From positions 9,443-73,442 of the forward strand of contig JAZRFY010000029.1 of NCBI GenBank assembly GCA_045643885.1: a stretch of DNA of 64,000 bases, written 5' to 3'. The notes below the pieces were generated by a model that was given only the letters and a program-made list of their open reading frames with translations, searched no databases and had not been told where the DNA came from. Source of the DNA: Eubacteriales bacterium (GTDB taxonomy: Bacteria; Bacillota; Clostridia; Oscillospirales; CAG-272). Shown in pieces: positions 10,394-20,169 of the stretch; position 1 is the first letter of the stretch; each line of letters opens with the position of its first letter. Made by a program: the position numbers and the translations under genes.

Positions 10394-10801
10394 ATGAAAA
10401 GATTTTTGTTTAATCTTGGAAACAAGATAAGAGCATTTTTCTATGGAAGAAATGGTTTTGATACTCTTGCCAAGCACGCGATTATTGCCGCTCTTGTTTT
10501 TGCGCTACTCAGTGGATTTAATTTTCACATGATCGTAAAAATGATATTGACCGCTATAAGCTATGCTTTGATGATCTACTCTTACTTCAGAATATTATCG
10601 AAGAATATCTATAAAAGGGTGCAGGAGGAGCGCAAGTACACAGGAGCTCTTAAAATGACCAAGACCAAATGGCAGCAGAGAAAAACGCATAAGTTTTTCA
10701 GATGTCCCAAATGTAAAACATGGCTTAGAGTTCCACGCAAAAGAGGAAAAATCACCATCACTTGTGTAAAATGCTCAACTAAATTCGATAAAAGAACTTA
10801 A
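10394..10801 (+). CDS. Membrane protein with C-terminal zinc finger
   Basis: GRNG-D motif, two TM helices, CPKC..CVKC. Confidence 0.75.
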   Translation: MKRFLFNLGNKIRAFFYGRNGFDTLAKHAIIAALVFALLSGFNFHMIVKMILTAISYALMIYSYFRILSKNIYKRVQEERKYTGALKMTKTKWQQRKTHKFFRCPKCKTWLRVPRKRGKITITCVKCSTKFDKRT

Positions 10802-10884
10802 TATTTACGAAACGGCGGACAATATCCGCCGTTTTTGTATTATTTTAATGATTTTCGAAAAAATAGATAGTGGAGGTGATAAAT

Positions 10885-11856
10885 GTGTGCACTGCATTAA
10901 CGACGAGCTTTAGTAATCATTTGTTTGGAAGAACCCTGGATCTTGAAAGAAGATATGAAGAGAGTGTTGTTATAACACCCAGAGATTATATATTTAAATA
11001 CAATTCTTTGCTTATTGAAAGAAGACATTTTGCCATTATAGGTATGGCAACGGTTATGAATGACTATCCACTCTACTATGATGCAACAAACGAATATGGA
11101 TTAAGCATTGCGGGACTTAATTTTGTTGGTAATTCCCATTATAGAAAAGAATCTAAAACCAAAATAAACTTAGCGCCCTACGAATTGATCCCGTATCTTC
11201 TTGGAAAATATAAATCGGTGGATGAAGTTGAATTTAATCTTAATAAAATAAATTTGATTGATAAATCCTTTGATTCGAAATTGCCCAATGCGCAGCTTCA
11301 TTGGATGATATCGGATAAAAAACGGTCGATTACTGTTGAGTGTGTTAAAGAGGGGATGAAAATTTATAAAAACAAGGTCGGAATACTAACAAATAATCCG
11401 CCATTTGATTACCATCTTATGAATCTAAATAATTATTTGAATATAAATAACAAGTCAAATCTAACGGAATTTGCAAAATCAATAAATGTATCGATTTATA
11501 GCAAGGGAATGAGTGGGATAGGATTGCCCGGTGATAATTCATCCATGTCCAGATTCGTAAGATGCGTTTTTCACAAATTTACTTCTGTGGTGCCAAATGA
11601 CAATGTTGCTTCAGTGACTCAATTTTTTCATGTGCTCGGTTCAGTGGCTCAGGTAGAGGGAAGTGTAGTTAATGAATCAAAATGCGATAGAACGCAATAT
11701 ATGAGCTGCTGTGATATGGACTCGTGCATTTATTACTATAAAACCTATAATAATTTCCAAATTAATGCTATAAATATGAGTAAAGAGAATCTAGATGCAA
11801 GTTCGTTGATATCCTATAAAATGAATGACGTTCAAAAAATCAATTATATAAATTAA
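10885..11856 (+). CDS. Choloylglycine hydrolase family (bile salt hydrolase / penicillin V acylase)
   Basis: GTG-Cys start after RBS ggaggtga (Ntn nucleophile), GRTLD, NEYGL, LTNNP, LPGD-SS-SRF. Confidence 0.9.
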   Translation: MCTALTTSFSNHLFGRTLDLERRYEESVVITPRDYIFKYNSLLIERRHFAIIGMATVMNDYPLYYDATNEYGLSIAGLNFVGNSHYRKESKTKINLAPYELIPYLLGKYKSVDEVEFNLNKINLIDKSFDSKLPNAQLHWMISDKKRSITVECVKEGMKIYKNKVGILTNNPPFDYHLMNLNNYLNINNKSNLTEFAKSINVSIYSKGMSGIGLPGDNSSMSRFVRCVFHKFTSVVPNDNVASVTQFFHVLGSVAQVEGSVVNESKCDRTQYMSCCDMDSCIYYYKTYNNFQINAINMSKENLDASSLISYKMNDVQKINYIN

Positions 11857-11934
11857 TGACGGCAAATGCCGTCATTTTTTTGTAACCATAATACTTTAAA
11901 CTAATATACTTATTAAAAAGTAAGGAGGTGTAAT

Positions 11935-12789
11935 ATGAAAATCTTGTTTTTAGGCGGAGATTTAAGGCAAAAATATGCATTCGAATATATGGAAAGCCTT
12001 GGATACAGATGCAAGTTGTTTATGGATTTTGAGCTGAAAGAAGAGATTGTTAACGAAATATCTTTTTCTGACGCAATAATTTTTCCCTTGCCGATTACCA
12101 AGGACGGTTCTACGTTGAACGTTATGTCCAAGGATAAGATATACCTTTCTCAAATAATTGACATTTTGCCGAAAGGCATTTTGATATTAGGTGGTAATAT
12201 TCCCCAAAGCTTTATTGAAATCTGTAATTCTGAAGGCTATAAAATAATAGACTATTATGAAAGTGAAGCATTTAAAATAAGCAATGCGTTATTGAGTGCC
12301 GAAGGGGCTATATATTATGCTATGGATAAGATTTCCAAAACTATATACGGATCTAAAATTGCGATATTCGGATTTGGACGAATAGCAAAAATATTGGCAT
12401 ATATGGCAAGATCCCAAGGAGCTGAAATAACAGTTTTTGCAAGGAGTGATTTGGATAGAGTATGGAGCAATATAATAGGCTTCGAAACGATAAAGATATG
12501 TGATCATTCAATTGATTTGCCTTTGGATATGCAATATGATTTCGATATAGTTTTCAATACAATACCATCCAATATCATGAACGAGAGCTTCATCTCACGA
12601 CTGCCGAAATCAGCTGTAATAATCGACCTTGCGTCCTCACCGTACGGTATAGACCGTTCTTTAGTCGAAATTTATGAATTAAATTATTACCGTGAATTAG
12701 GAATACCGGGAAGATATGCACCTAAAAGCGCAGGACATATAATGGCTAAAACACTAATTAATATACTTGAACAGGAGAAAAATTTATGA
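11935..12789 (+). CDS. dpaA: Dipicolinate synthase subunit A
   Basis: GGDLRQ, GFGRIAK, IDLASSPYG, PGRYAP; adjacent to dpaB. Confidence 0.88.
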   Translation: MKILFLGGDLRQKYAFEYMESLGYRCKLFMDFELKEEIVNEISFSDAIIFPLPITKDGSTLNVMSKDKIYLSQIIDILPKGILILGGNIPQSFIEICNSEGYKIIDYYESEAFKISNALLSAEGAIYYAMDKISKTIYGSKIAIFGFGRIAKILAYMARSQGAEITVFARSDLDRVWSNIIGFETIKICDHSIDLPLDMQYDFDIVFNTIPSNIMNESFISRLPKSAVIIDLASSPYGIDRSLVEIYELNYYRELGIPGRYAPKSAGHIMAKTLINILEQEKNL

Positions 12790-13346
12790 TAGGATTTGCA
12801 ATAACGGGATCGTTTTGTACGATATCAACGAGTGTGCACTTAATGAATGAGCTTGTGAACAAGGGGAATGAAATACTACCCATCATGAGCTATAATGCTT
12901 TTGATATGGACACAAGATTTGGCAAAGCAGAGGAAATCAGAGAGGGAATAGAGAAGATTTGCGGCAAACGAATCATACACACAATTGTTGATGCTGAGCC
13001 ATTGGGCCCTAAAATTAATTTAGAGGCACTAGTTATATGTCCATGTACCGGAAACACCTTAGCAAAGATAGCTAACGGTATAACCGATACGCCTGTATGT
13101 ATGGCTGCAAAGGCACATCTTCGCAATGATAAACCGTTAGTGATAGCTCTTGCAAGCAACGACGCACTTTCGGGAAATCTTCAAAATATAGCAAAACTGC
13201 TTTTGAGAAAGAACGTCTATTTTGTACCCATGATGCAGGATGATCCTAATAGTAAGCCTCATTCTTTGGTTTCCGATTTTGCGCGCTTGAATGAAGCCAT
13301 AGAAAAAGCACTTATAGGAAAACAGATACATCCGTTATTTGAATAA
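12786..13346 (+). CDS. dpaB: Dipicolinate synthase subunit B
   Basis: GFAITGSFCT, DTRFG, PCTGNT, AKAHLRN. Confidence 0.95.
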   Translation: MIGFAITGSFCTISTSVHLMNELVNKGNEILPIMSYNAFDMDTRFGKAEEIREGIEKICGKRIIHTIVDAEPLGPKINLEALVICPCTGNTLAKIANGITDTPVCMAAKAHLRNDKPLVIALASNDALSGNLQNIAKLLLRKNVYFVPMMQDDPNSKPHSLVSDFARLNEAIEKALIGKQIHPLFE

Positions 13347-13381
13347 AAAACCTCCGTAGATTTTCTACGGAGGTTGATTAT

Positions 13382-15115
13382 TTATACAAACATGTTGATG
13401 AAATTCTTATAAGCTTCGAGCTTAGCTGTCATTTCATCCTTGCTGCTTCCTGAAAGCAAATAATAGAATTTGATTTTGGGCTCTGTGCCGGAGGGACGAG
13501 CAATAATAACGTCGTTGTTTTCCATCTTAAAGGAAATAACGTTAGAGGAGGGAAGATTTGTGCTAACAACGTCTCCTGTTACTCTGTTTGAAATAGTAGC
13601 CTTCAAGTAATCACCGATCTCAACGATCTTGTTGTCGGCAATTGACTCAGGAGCATTATTTCTGAGAGTGTTCATGAGATTAGCCATCTTTTCCTTGCCG
13701 TCAATACCTTCCATGTAAAGCTCCTGGTTGGCCTCAAGGTAATAGCCATACTTTTCATAAAGACCGTTCAATGCATCGAAAAGGGTCATGCCCTTAGCAT
13801 GATAGAAAGCAGTCATTTCGCAAATAAGCATTGTAGCAACAACGGCATCCTTGTCGCGAGCGTAAGTACCCTTCAAATAGCCGTAGCTTTCTTCAAAGCC
13901 GAAGAGATAAGCAGCATCTGCACCCTCAAGCTCATAGTTCTTGATAACCTCACCAATAAACTTAAAGCCTGTAAGTACATTGTGAAGCTTAACGTTATGA
14001 GCCTGGCAAATCTTTGATACAAGCTCAGTTGAAACTATGGTTTTAACTGCATAGGGATTGTTGGGCATTGTGCCTGTTTCTTCATACGCTGTAATGATAT
14101 AATCGATAAGAAGAGCGCCCATCTGGTTGCCTGAAATAGTAACGAATTCGCCTGCAGTATTTTTAGTAACAACACCAACTCTGTCGGCGTCGGGGTCAGT
14201 TGCGATTACAAGTGTGCTTCCAACGTTGTTGGCAATTTCAACACCAAGCTCAAACACCTCAGGATATTCGGGATTTGGCTTTTCAACAGTGGGAAAGTTA
14301 CCGTCAATTTCCATCTGCTCCGGAACAACATAAAGATGCTCAACTCCACATCTTGAAAGAATATCAGGAATGAGTCTATAGCCTGTTCCGTGGAGAGGGG
14401 AGTAAACTATCTTAAGATCATCAGCTACCTTTCTGATGGCCTCGGGATTAACGAGCTGCTTGATAACTGCGTTAAGATATTTTTCATCCATATCCTGATC
14501 AAGGATAATGATTTCTCCCATTTCAACTGCCTTGTCAAAATCTGCATATTTTACGTCGTTGAAGATGTCAATCTTCTCGATCTCAGCAGAAACAGTTTTG
14601 GCATGCTCGGGGGGGAGCTGTGCACCGTCTTCCCAGTATGCCTTATAGCCGTTATACTCCTTGGGATTGTGGGAAGCAGTGATGTTGATACCTGCAACAC
14701 ACTTAAGCTCTCTCAAAGCAAATGAAAGCTCGGGAGTAGGTCTGAGTTCATCAAAAATATATGCCTTGATTCCGTTGGCTGCAAGAACACTTGCAGAAAT
14801 TCTTGCAAAAAGCTCGGAATTGTTTCTTGAGTCGTATGCAATAGCAACGCCGTCGCAAGCTCTTTCTTCTTTGATAATGAGGTTAGCAAGACCTTGAGTA
14901 GCCTGAGCAACAGTGTGCTTGTTCATAGCATTAGTACCAACTCTCATCTTGCCGCGAAGACCGGCAGTTCCAAATTCAAGGGATGTGTAGAATCTTTCCT
15001 TAATTACGTCATCGTTTGAGGAAATCTCTTCAAGCTCTTTCTTTTCATCAATTGAAAGCTTGTCAGATTCTAACCATTTAAGATATTCCTGTCTGTAAAG
15101 TTCCATTGTTTGCAA
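13382..15115 (-). CDS. pgm: Phosphoglucomutase / phospho-sugar mutase
   Basis: FGTAGLRG, TASHNP, DPDADR, FEESYG, RPSGTEPK. Confidence 0.93.
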   Translation of the reverse strand: MQTMELYRQEYLKWLESDKLSIDEKKELEEISSNDDVIKERFYTSLEFGTAGLRGKMRVGTNAMNKHTVAQATQGLANLIIKEERACDGVAIAYDSRNNSELFARISASVLAANGIKAYIFDELRPTPELSFALRELKCVAGINITASHNPKEYNGYKAYWEDGAQLPPEHAKTVSAEIEKIDIFNDVKYADFDKAVEMGEIIILDQDMDEKYLNAVIKQLVNPEAIRKVADDLKIVYSPLHGTGYRLIPDILSRCGVEHLYVVPEQMEIDGNFPTVEKPNPEYPEVFELGVEIANNVGSTLVIATDPDADRVGVVTKNTAGEFVTISGNQMGALLIDYIITAYEETGTMPNNPYAVKTIVSTELVSKICQAHNVKLHNVLTGFKFIGEVIKNYELEGADAAYLFGFEESYGYLKGTYARDKDAVVATMLICEMTAFYHAKGMTLFDALNGLYEKYGYYLEANQELYMEGIDGKEKMANLMNTLRNNAPESIADNKIVEIGDYLKATISNRVTGDVVSTNLPSSNVISFKMENNDVIIARPSGTEPKIKFYYLLSGSSKDEMTAKLEAYKNFINMFV

Positions 15116-15132
15116 CCCTTTCTTAAAATATA

Positions 15133-15387
15133 TTAGCGATTTTTGTATTCCTTAAGTGCGCAAGCGAGCTGATCGGGGCAGGAGGTAGATCTGGGGCCAC
15201 ACTTGATACCCTCAAGTCTTTTAATAGCCTCATCAACAGTCATACCTGCAACCAAAGCGGCAACACCCTGAGTGTTACCGGAGCATCCACCGGTGAATTT
15301 TACGTTATCGATAACGTTATTTTCATTGATTTCAACGTCAATTTGTCTTGAGCAAGTGCCCTTTGTAGAATATGTGATATGTTCCAT
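15133..15387 (-). CDS. TSCPD-domain protein (TIGR03905-like)
   Basis: GTCS, GGCSGN, CG..TSCPDQ motif. Confidence 0.9.
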   Translation of the reverse strand: MEHITYSTKGTCSRQIDVEINENNVIDNVKFTGGCSGNTQGVAALVAGMTVDEAIKRLEGIKCGPRSTSCPDQLACALKEYKNR

Positions 15388-15389
15388 TT

Positions 15390-16799
15390 TTATTTCTCCT
15401 TGTTGTTCTTTTTAGATTTTTTGTTAGTCATTAATTTTTGTGTGGCAGCAGAGATTGATTTCAATATTCTTGTGAAATCGATTTGGGATTTCTTTTCTAC
15501 TATGCACGAAGGATCACCAACGTGATAGTGCTCAAGAGAGGTTTCAAATCCCTTTCTGCGAAGTGAATTAATGGTGTAATTGTTTATCAAATGAAGAATT
15601 ACCGCAAATACGGGAACACCAATTACCATTCCGAATATACCGAAGAGACCACCCATTGTAATGATAGCAATAAGTGTAGCCAATGAGCTGATATTGATCT
15701 TGTCACCGATGATGTTGGGGCAAATGATATTTCCGTCGATCTGCTGAACAACAAGTATCAAAACAACAAACAAAATCACCTTTTCGGGTTGAGTAAGCAA
15801 TACCAAGAATGCGGCGGGAATGCCACCGATAAACGGTCCAAGAATAGGTATTACGTTAGTAACTGCAATAATGGTCGCAAGCAAGAGGGGATTTGCAAAC
15901 GAGAATGCATTGAACAAGATATAGGTTATAATTCCAACTATCAATGCATCGAGAAGCTGACCTTCGATAAATCCACCAAATGATCTGTCAAGCAAAGTGC
16001 CAAATCTTATGATGTATCTCACTTGAGACGGAGCTAAGAAGCTATTGAGGAATCTTCTGAAATATGCCTTGAATTTTTCCTTTGAGATGAGCATATAAAT
16101 TGCAACGAAAATTCCAAGCAAAATATTCTTAACAAGATTGAATATTGACGAGCCGAACGACATAATGTAACCCATCAAGGATACGAAGCCGTCAGATGCC
16201 AAAAGCTTTGTTATATCAAAGGCAGCGGTGTTATTTTCGGCAGAATCCATCATAGAGTCCTGCAAAATATCAGAGAAGTCACCCTCAACGATATTGTCGA
16301 GCCAAGGGAAGTTTGCGCGAATAGTCTCAACGAATGCCTGGGGATCTAAGCGCTGAGTGGAATCAAATATAGAAAACTCATCCATAAGAAGATTTACTCT
16401 GGCAGCAAAGAGTGTTGCCGCGGACTCGTAGTTTACGATGTAAGTATCCCAAAATGATCGAAGTGTAGCAACCAAGTTAGGGATAAGCATTGTGATAATG
16501 CAAACTATAAGGCATATAGCCAATGCGAAAATGAGAATTATAGATATGAGTCTTCTTAAAGAAAAGCTTTTAATCCATTTGAATACTCTTCTTTCAAGAA
16601 AGGTAATAGCGGGATTTGACAAATATGCAATAACAAAGCCAATTGTTATTGGGGCAACAATTTCAGAAAATTCACTTATAAACTCTTGCAAAGATCCGTT
16701 TATACAAGTATACACAAGACCAAACGCAAGGATAATGATGGCAACAACTATAAGAGTTGACGTTATTGTCTTTTTGTTATTTGATAACCATTCACCCAT
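15390..16799 (-). CDS. AI-2E family transporter
   Basis: Multi-TM; TNVIPILGPFIG, QQIDGNII.P.IIG, GMVIGVP. Confidence 0.9.
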   Translation of the reverse strand: MGEWLSNNKKTITSTLIVVAIIILAFGLVYTCINGSLQEFISEFSEIVAPITIGFVIAYLSNPAITFLERRVFKWIKSFSLRRLISIILIFALAICLIVCIITMLIPNLVATLRSFWDTYIVNYESAATLFAARVNLLMDEFSIFDSTQRLDPQAFVETIRANFPWLDNIVEGDFSDILQDSMMDSAENNTAAFDITKLLASDGFVSLMGYIMSFGSSIFNLVKNILLGIFVAIYMLISKEKFKAYFRRFLNSFLAPSQVRYIIRFGTLLDRSFGGFIEGQLLDALIVGIITYILFNAFSFANPLLLATIIAVTNVIPILGPFIGGIPAAFLVLLTQPEKVILFVVLILVVQQIDGNIICPNIIGDKINISSLATLIAIITMGGLFGIFGMVIGVPVFAVILHLINNYTINSLRRKGFETSLEHYHVGDPSCIVEKKSQIDFTRILKSISAATQKLMTNKKSKKNNKEK

Positions 16800-16943
16800 A
16801 ATGCTTCTCCTTTCTACAAAGTATAGTTATACGTATATATTATAAATAAAAAAGGTACTTTAGTCAATAGATATTCAAAGGAATATATTGAAAATTATTA
16901 AAAATTATGATATTATTAATAAAAAGTATATTAACGGAGTGAT

Positions 16944-17873
16944 TTGATGTATTGGCAAAAAGAAAAAGCATTTGCAAAAATCAATCTCTATCTGGATATT
17001 GAGAAAAAGAGGGAAGATGGCTTTCACGATCTTTTCACTATTATGCAAATGGTTGATTTTTATGATGACGTGACCGTAACCTTGACACATGAAAAGGGAA
17101 TAACGTTCACAATGAAAAACGCGCCTGTTGACGTTCCAACTGAGAAAAACTTAGCATACATAGCGGCAAAAAAGTTTTATGAAAGTCTTGATTTTGTGCC
17201 CAATGGTGGTGCAGATATAGAAATATATAAAAGAATACCTATGGCTGCAGGACTTGCCGGTGGAAGCGCAGATGCAGCTGCAGTGTTGAGAGCCTTGAAC
17301 TACCTTTATGGCAAGCCTTTTATGCTTGAAGACCTTTGCAAGCTTGGTGCAACGCTTGGGTCGGACGTTCCGTTTAACATTGTTGGTGGTGTTCAGCTTT
17401 GCCGTGGCAAGGGCGAGAATATGTATAGAACCTATGGAATTCGGCATTACAATCTTTTGATTGCATACGGTGGGGAAAAGCTCTCTACGGCAGATCAGTA
17501 TAGAAAGCTTGATAAGATGTATAACGATTTTAAGGATTATCCTATCAAGGAGAAATTCCATCAGGCATATATTGGTTTTGAAACAGGAAGATGCTCTGAA
17601 GCTTTTGGTGGCATGTATAATGTTTTTGAATCACTGTACGAAAATGATGAAACCTTTAAAACGATAAAGGAAATTATGTATAGAAATGAAGCCAAGGTTG
17701 CAATGCTTTCGGGTAGTGGACCTGCTATTTTTGGCATATTTCCTAATTCCTTTTATGCTGAAGATGCTCAAGCCGAGTTGAAAAAGCAGGGAATAGAATC
17801 ATATATGTGCAATCCCATAAATAAAACATATGAATACATCTTACCAGGAGAAGATCCTTCGAGAGGTATCTGA
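16944..17873 (+). CDS. ispE: 4-diphosphocytidyl-2-C-methyl-D-erythritol kinase
   Basis: AKINLYL, IPMAAGLAGGSADAAA, GSDVPF, LSGSGP. Confidence 0.95.
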   Translation: MMYWQKEKAFAKINLYLDIEKKREDGFHDLFTIMQMVDFYDDVTVTLTHEKGITFTMKNAPVDVPTEKNLAYIAAKKFYESLDFVPNGGADIEIYKRIPMAAGLAGGSADAAAVLRALNYLYGKPFMLEDLCKLGATLGSDVPFNIVGGVQLCRGKGENMYRTYGIRHYNLLIAYGGEKLSTADQYRKLDKMYNDFKDYPIKEKFHQAYIGFETGRCSEAFGGMYNVFESLYENDETFKTIKEIMYRNEAKVAMLSGSGPAIFGIFPNSFYAEDAQAELKKQGIESYMCNPINKTYEYILPGEDPSRGI

Positions 17874-17878
17874 GAAAT

Positions 17879-17912
17879 AAAAAGCATACGACTTTGGTCG
17901 TATGCTTTTTTT
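17879..17912 (+). terminator. Rho-independent terminator of ispE
   Basis: aaaaagcatacgac-tttg-gtcgtatgcttttttt. Confidence 0.88.
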
Positions 17913-17999
17913 GAATTTGGAAGCGACTCGATTGCTTGATTTAGCATTTGATGAAGTATTTCACATTAAATTTAAAAGTCAACAGAAAAATAAAAAAGT

Positions 18000-18154
18000 A
18001 CTTGACAACAATAAAACATTGTGATAATCTAATAATAGAAAATCTAAAAAGTCGGACGCGACGAAGATAAAAAACTGAATAATGTACTGCGTTGAGTTAT
18101 TAAATAGGGGGAAAACACCCCTTAACCTTAACGCTATGCAATTATACAAAATGC
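18000..18154 (+). repeat. Left copy of imperfect direct repeat (matches 28282-28444)
   Basis: 18000-18062 vs 28282-28344: 63 bp with 2 mismatches, 44 bp identical; second similar block AGGGGGAAAA..CCCCTTAA..ATTATACAAAATGC. Confidence 0.92.
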
Positions 18155-18237
18155 CGTGTTTTGTAATAATCCGAATAAATTGAAAACCTTTTGAGGTTTT
18201 CTTCTCGTTGGATTATACAAAACATCTACATTTTGTA
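18145..18237. repeat. Long inverted repeat, candidate ssDNA attP hairpin
   Basis: TACAAAATG-CCG-TGTTTTGTA-A-TAATCC pairs with GGATTA-TACAAAACA-TCTA-CATTTTGTA; inner hairpin GAAAACCT/AGGTTTTC. Confidence 0.7.
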
Positions 18238-18327
18238 AGTGAGGCAGGCGAAGGCTTGAGCTTTGAATCTGCCGAACGGTTAATTGCATTTCGATATTGG
18301 GGAAGAAATCTAAATAATACTAAATTT

Positions 18328-18416
18328 AAACAGGGAATTTTATTCCCTGTTTTTTTATTTAATTTAATAGCTAAAGGGATTTTATCTCGTTGTGTTTCGA
18401 CACAACGAGATTTTTT
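18328..18416 (+). terminator. Two tandem terminator-like hairpins
   Basis: aaacagggaat-ttt-attccctgttt+T run; atctcgttgtgt-ttcg-acacaacgagat+T run. Confidence 0.7.
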
Positions 18417-18446
18417 AATTTATGCAGAAACATAGGAGGGTAAAAA

Positions 18447-18749
18447 ATGATTTACTGCACAAACAAAACATTTATTAAGGTATTCCGTGTTAACGATTAC
18501 GGAAAAGTAAAGGTGTGTGAAGGTGGCACATCTGAAAGGCTCGAAGGAGATAATTCTTATCGTAAATCCTATTGGAAGGTAATCCTTCGTGGAGAAGCTC
18601 TTAAGAATATACCAGTTGCAGCTGGTAGTACCATTGAGGCAAGACGCTTCAAAATCGAAGCAACAATTGACGAAAAGCACAAGGAAAGAGGACCTGTTGC
18701 AACAATCATATTGTACGAAGGTGAGGTTGTGAATAATGAAACAAAATGA
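18447..18749 (+). CDS. Putative ssDNA-binding (OB-fold, pV-like) protein
   Basis: RBS aggagg; 100 aa beta-rich, SYWKVILRGEA resembles SSB strand motif; first gene of element. Confidence 0.55.
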   Translation: MIYCTNKTFIKVFRVNDYGKVKVCEGGTSERLEGDNSYRKSYWKVILRGEALKNIPVAAGSTIEARRFKIEATIDEKHKERGPVATIILYEGEVVNNETK

Positions 18750-19020
18750 ACTTAATTATTATGAACTTATTGAGTTTCTTCGTTCAGTACATGAACATTT
18801 GCTTGATATTGAAGGCGATAGCTTAGTTATACCTAAGAAGCATCAACCTTACGTTAAAGATGTTGTTCACGAATGCATTGGTGAAATCATCATGATGCTT
18901 TGTTGTATTGATACAATTATTAATCCTGAATTACTTACTGATGATTGTAAACAAGATACGGTTGTAAATCACGATATAAAGGAGCAAAACAATGAGTCAA
19001 AACAAGAAAATCAAAATTGA
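18736..19020 (+). CDS. Hypothetical phage protein
   Basis: RBS gaggt, overlaps neighbours in operon. Confidence 0.65.
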   Translation: MKQNELNYYELIEFLRSVHEHLLDIEGDSLVIPKKHQPYVKDVVHECIGEIIMMLCCIDTIINPELLTDDCKQDTVVNHDIKEQNNESKQENQN

Positions 19021-19261
19021 ATTTACATTAACGGAAAAAGAGTTCGAGTTTTTCAAAAATGATATTCAAATATTGGGCGAAGATGCAGCTATATTGTGTG
19101 CATCAGCTCATGTAATGAAAAAAGAAAAATCAGGTTATTTTGCCGAAGCTATGATGTGTTTTAATATTCTTCGTCAGTTGGGTGTTGAAGGTTTAAGATC
19201 TGAAGAAGAATTTATTGCAGAATTGCGAAATGCTTCAGGATTAAATGTGTCTGACGTTTAA
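18992..19261 (+). CDS. Hypothetical phage protein, possibly ribbon-helix-helix-like N-terminus
   Basis: RBS aaggag; KKIKIEFTLTEKEFEFF alternating strand then helix. Confidence 0.55.
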   Translation: MSQNKKIKIEFTLTEKEFEFFKNDIQILGEDAAILCASAHVMKKEKSGYFAEAMMCFNILRQLGVEGLRSEEEFIAELRNASGLNVSDV

Positions 19262-19374
19262 ATGTCAATATAAAAATAAGCCGATGCGCACGGTTTATAA
19301 ATAAAAACTATCATAAGGAAGTGATGTTATGAGATTTATCTCTTTTCTCTGACTACACAAAGGAGAGTGAATAA

Positions 19375-20148
19375 ATGAAACGAGGAAAATCCAAATTGGG
19401 ATTTAAGAACGTAATCACCACAATCACGGCTGTGCTTGTCTTCATTACAGCCCTGGCTTCAGTTATGACGTTGTTGGGTGGAAACAACGTGAATAACGTG
19501 AATACACCGAAAGACATAACGGTGAAATTTTTGCCGGGTGACGTATGGCTTGAAGACGGCAGCACAATGGGTGCATGGGTGTGGAACGATTACGGTGTGC
19601 CGCAATCAAAATTTATTGTGGCATCTGATGAGGACGGTGACGATGTTTACGAAGTAACGTTCTCAGAAGAGTATACAAGCATACTCTTCGTCGATCTTGT
19701 GCCGAACGCGACTGAGCTTGGCACGGATTGGAAAAATAAACGAGATCAGAGCGCGAATCAGCTTGTAGATGATGAGCTGTTCTATCATGTTTATGCAAAT
19801 TCTTGGGAGGAATCACCGGTATTGAAATTTGTTCGAACAAATTCTCCGGTAACCGTGTATTTTAATGCAAGTAATTCTCCATGCTTTAAAGCGCCTCAAG
19901 TTTATTGTTTTGATAAATACAATAAATCTCCGGCAGAGTTTATTACAATGACACAAATTGGTGGTGCACGTTTTACCGTTACAATTCCCGAGGGATTCAC
20001 TCACATTATTTTCATCGATTATTTTGATGATGGTGAATATGGAAGTTGGGAAAATATCGGCTTCCAATCAGAAGATTTAATAATTCCAAACGATGAGAAC
20101 GTTTACTTTAGTAGTGTAACGTTAGAATGGTCTTCATCGTTTGAGTAA
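19375..20148 (+). CDS. Membrane-anchored protein with two CBM26/starch-binding-like domains
   Basis: Basic N-terminus plus TM; repeats GAWVWN..YEVTF..ILFVD..W.N..Q and VYF..VYCFD..FTVTIPEGFTHIIF..W.N..QSEDLIIP. Confidence 0.65.
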   Translation: MKRGKSKLGFKNVITTITAVLVFITALASVMTLLGGNNVNNVNTPKDITVKFLPGDVWLEDGSTMGAWVWNDYGVPQSKFIVASDEDGDDVYEVTFSEEYTSILFVDLVPNATELGTDWKNKRDQSANQLVDDELFYHVYANSWEESPVLKFVRTNSPVTVYFNASNSPCFKAPQVYCFDKYNKSPAEFITMTQIGGARFTVTIPEGFTHIIFIDYFDDGEYGSWENIGFQSEDLIIPNDENVYFSSVTLEWSSSFE

Positions 20149-20169
20149 GTGAAAAGAAAGGAAAATTTT

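Noticed and set aside
18208..18435. 75-aa ORF at the element's left end
   Set aside because: TTG start without RBS; runs through hairpins and terminators
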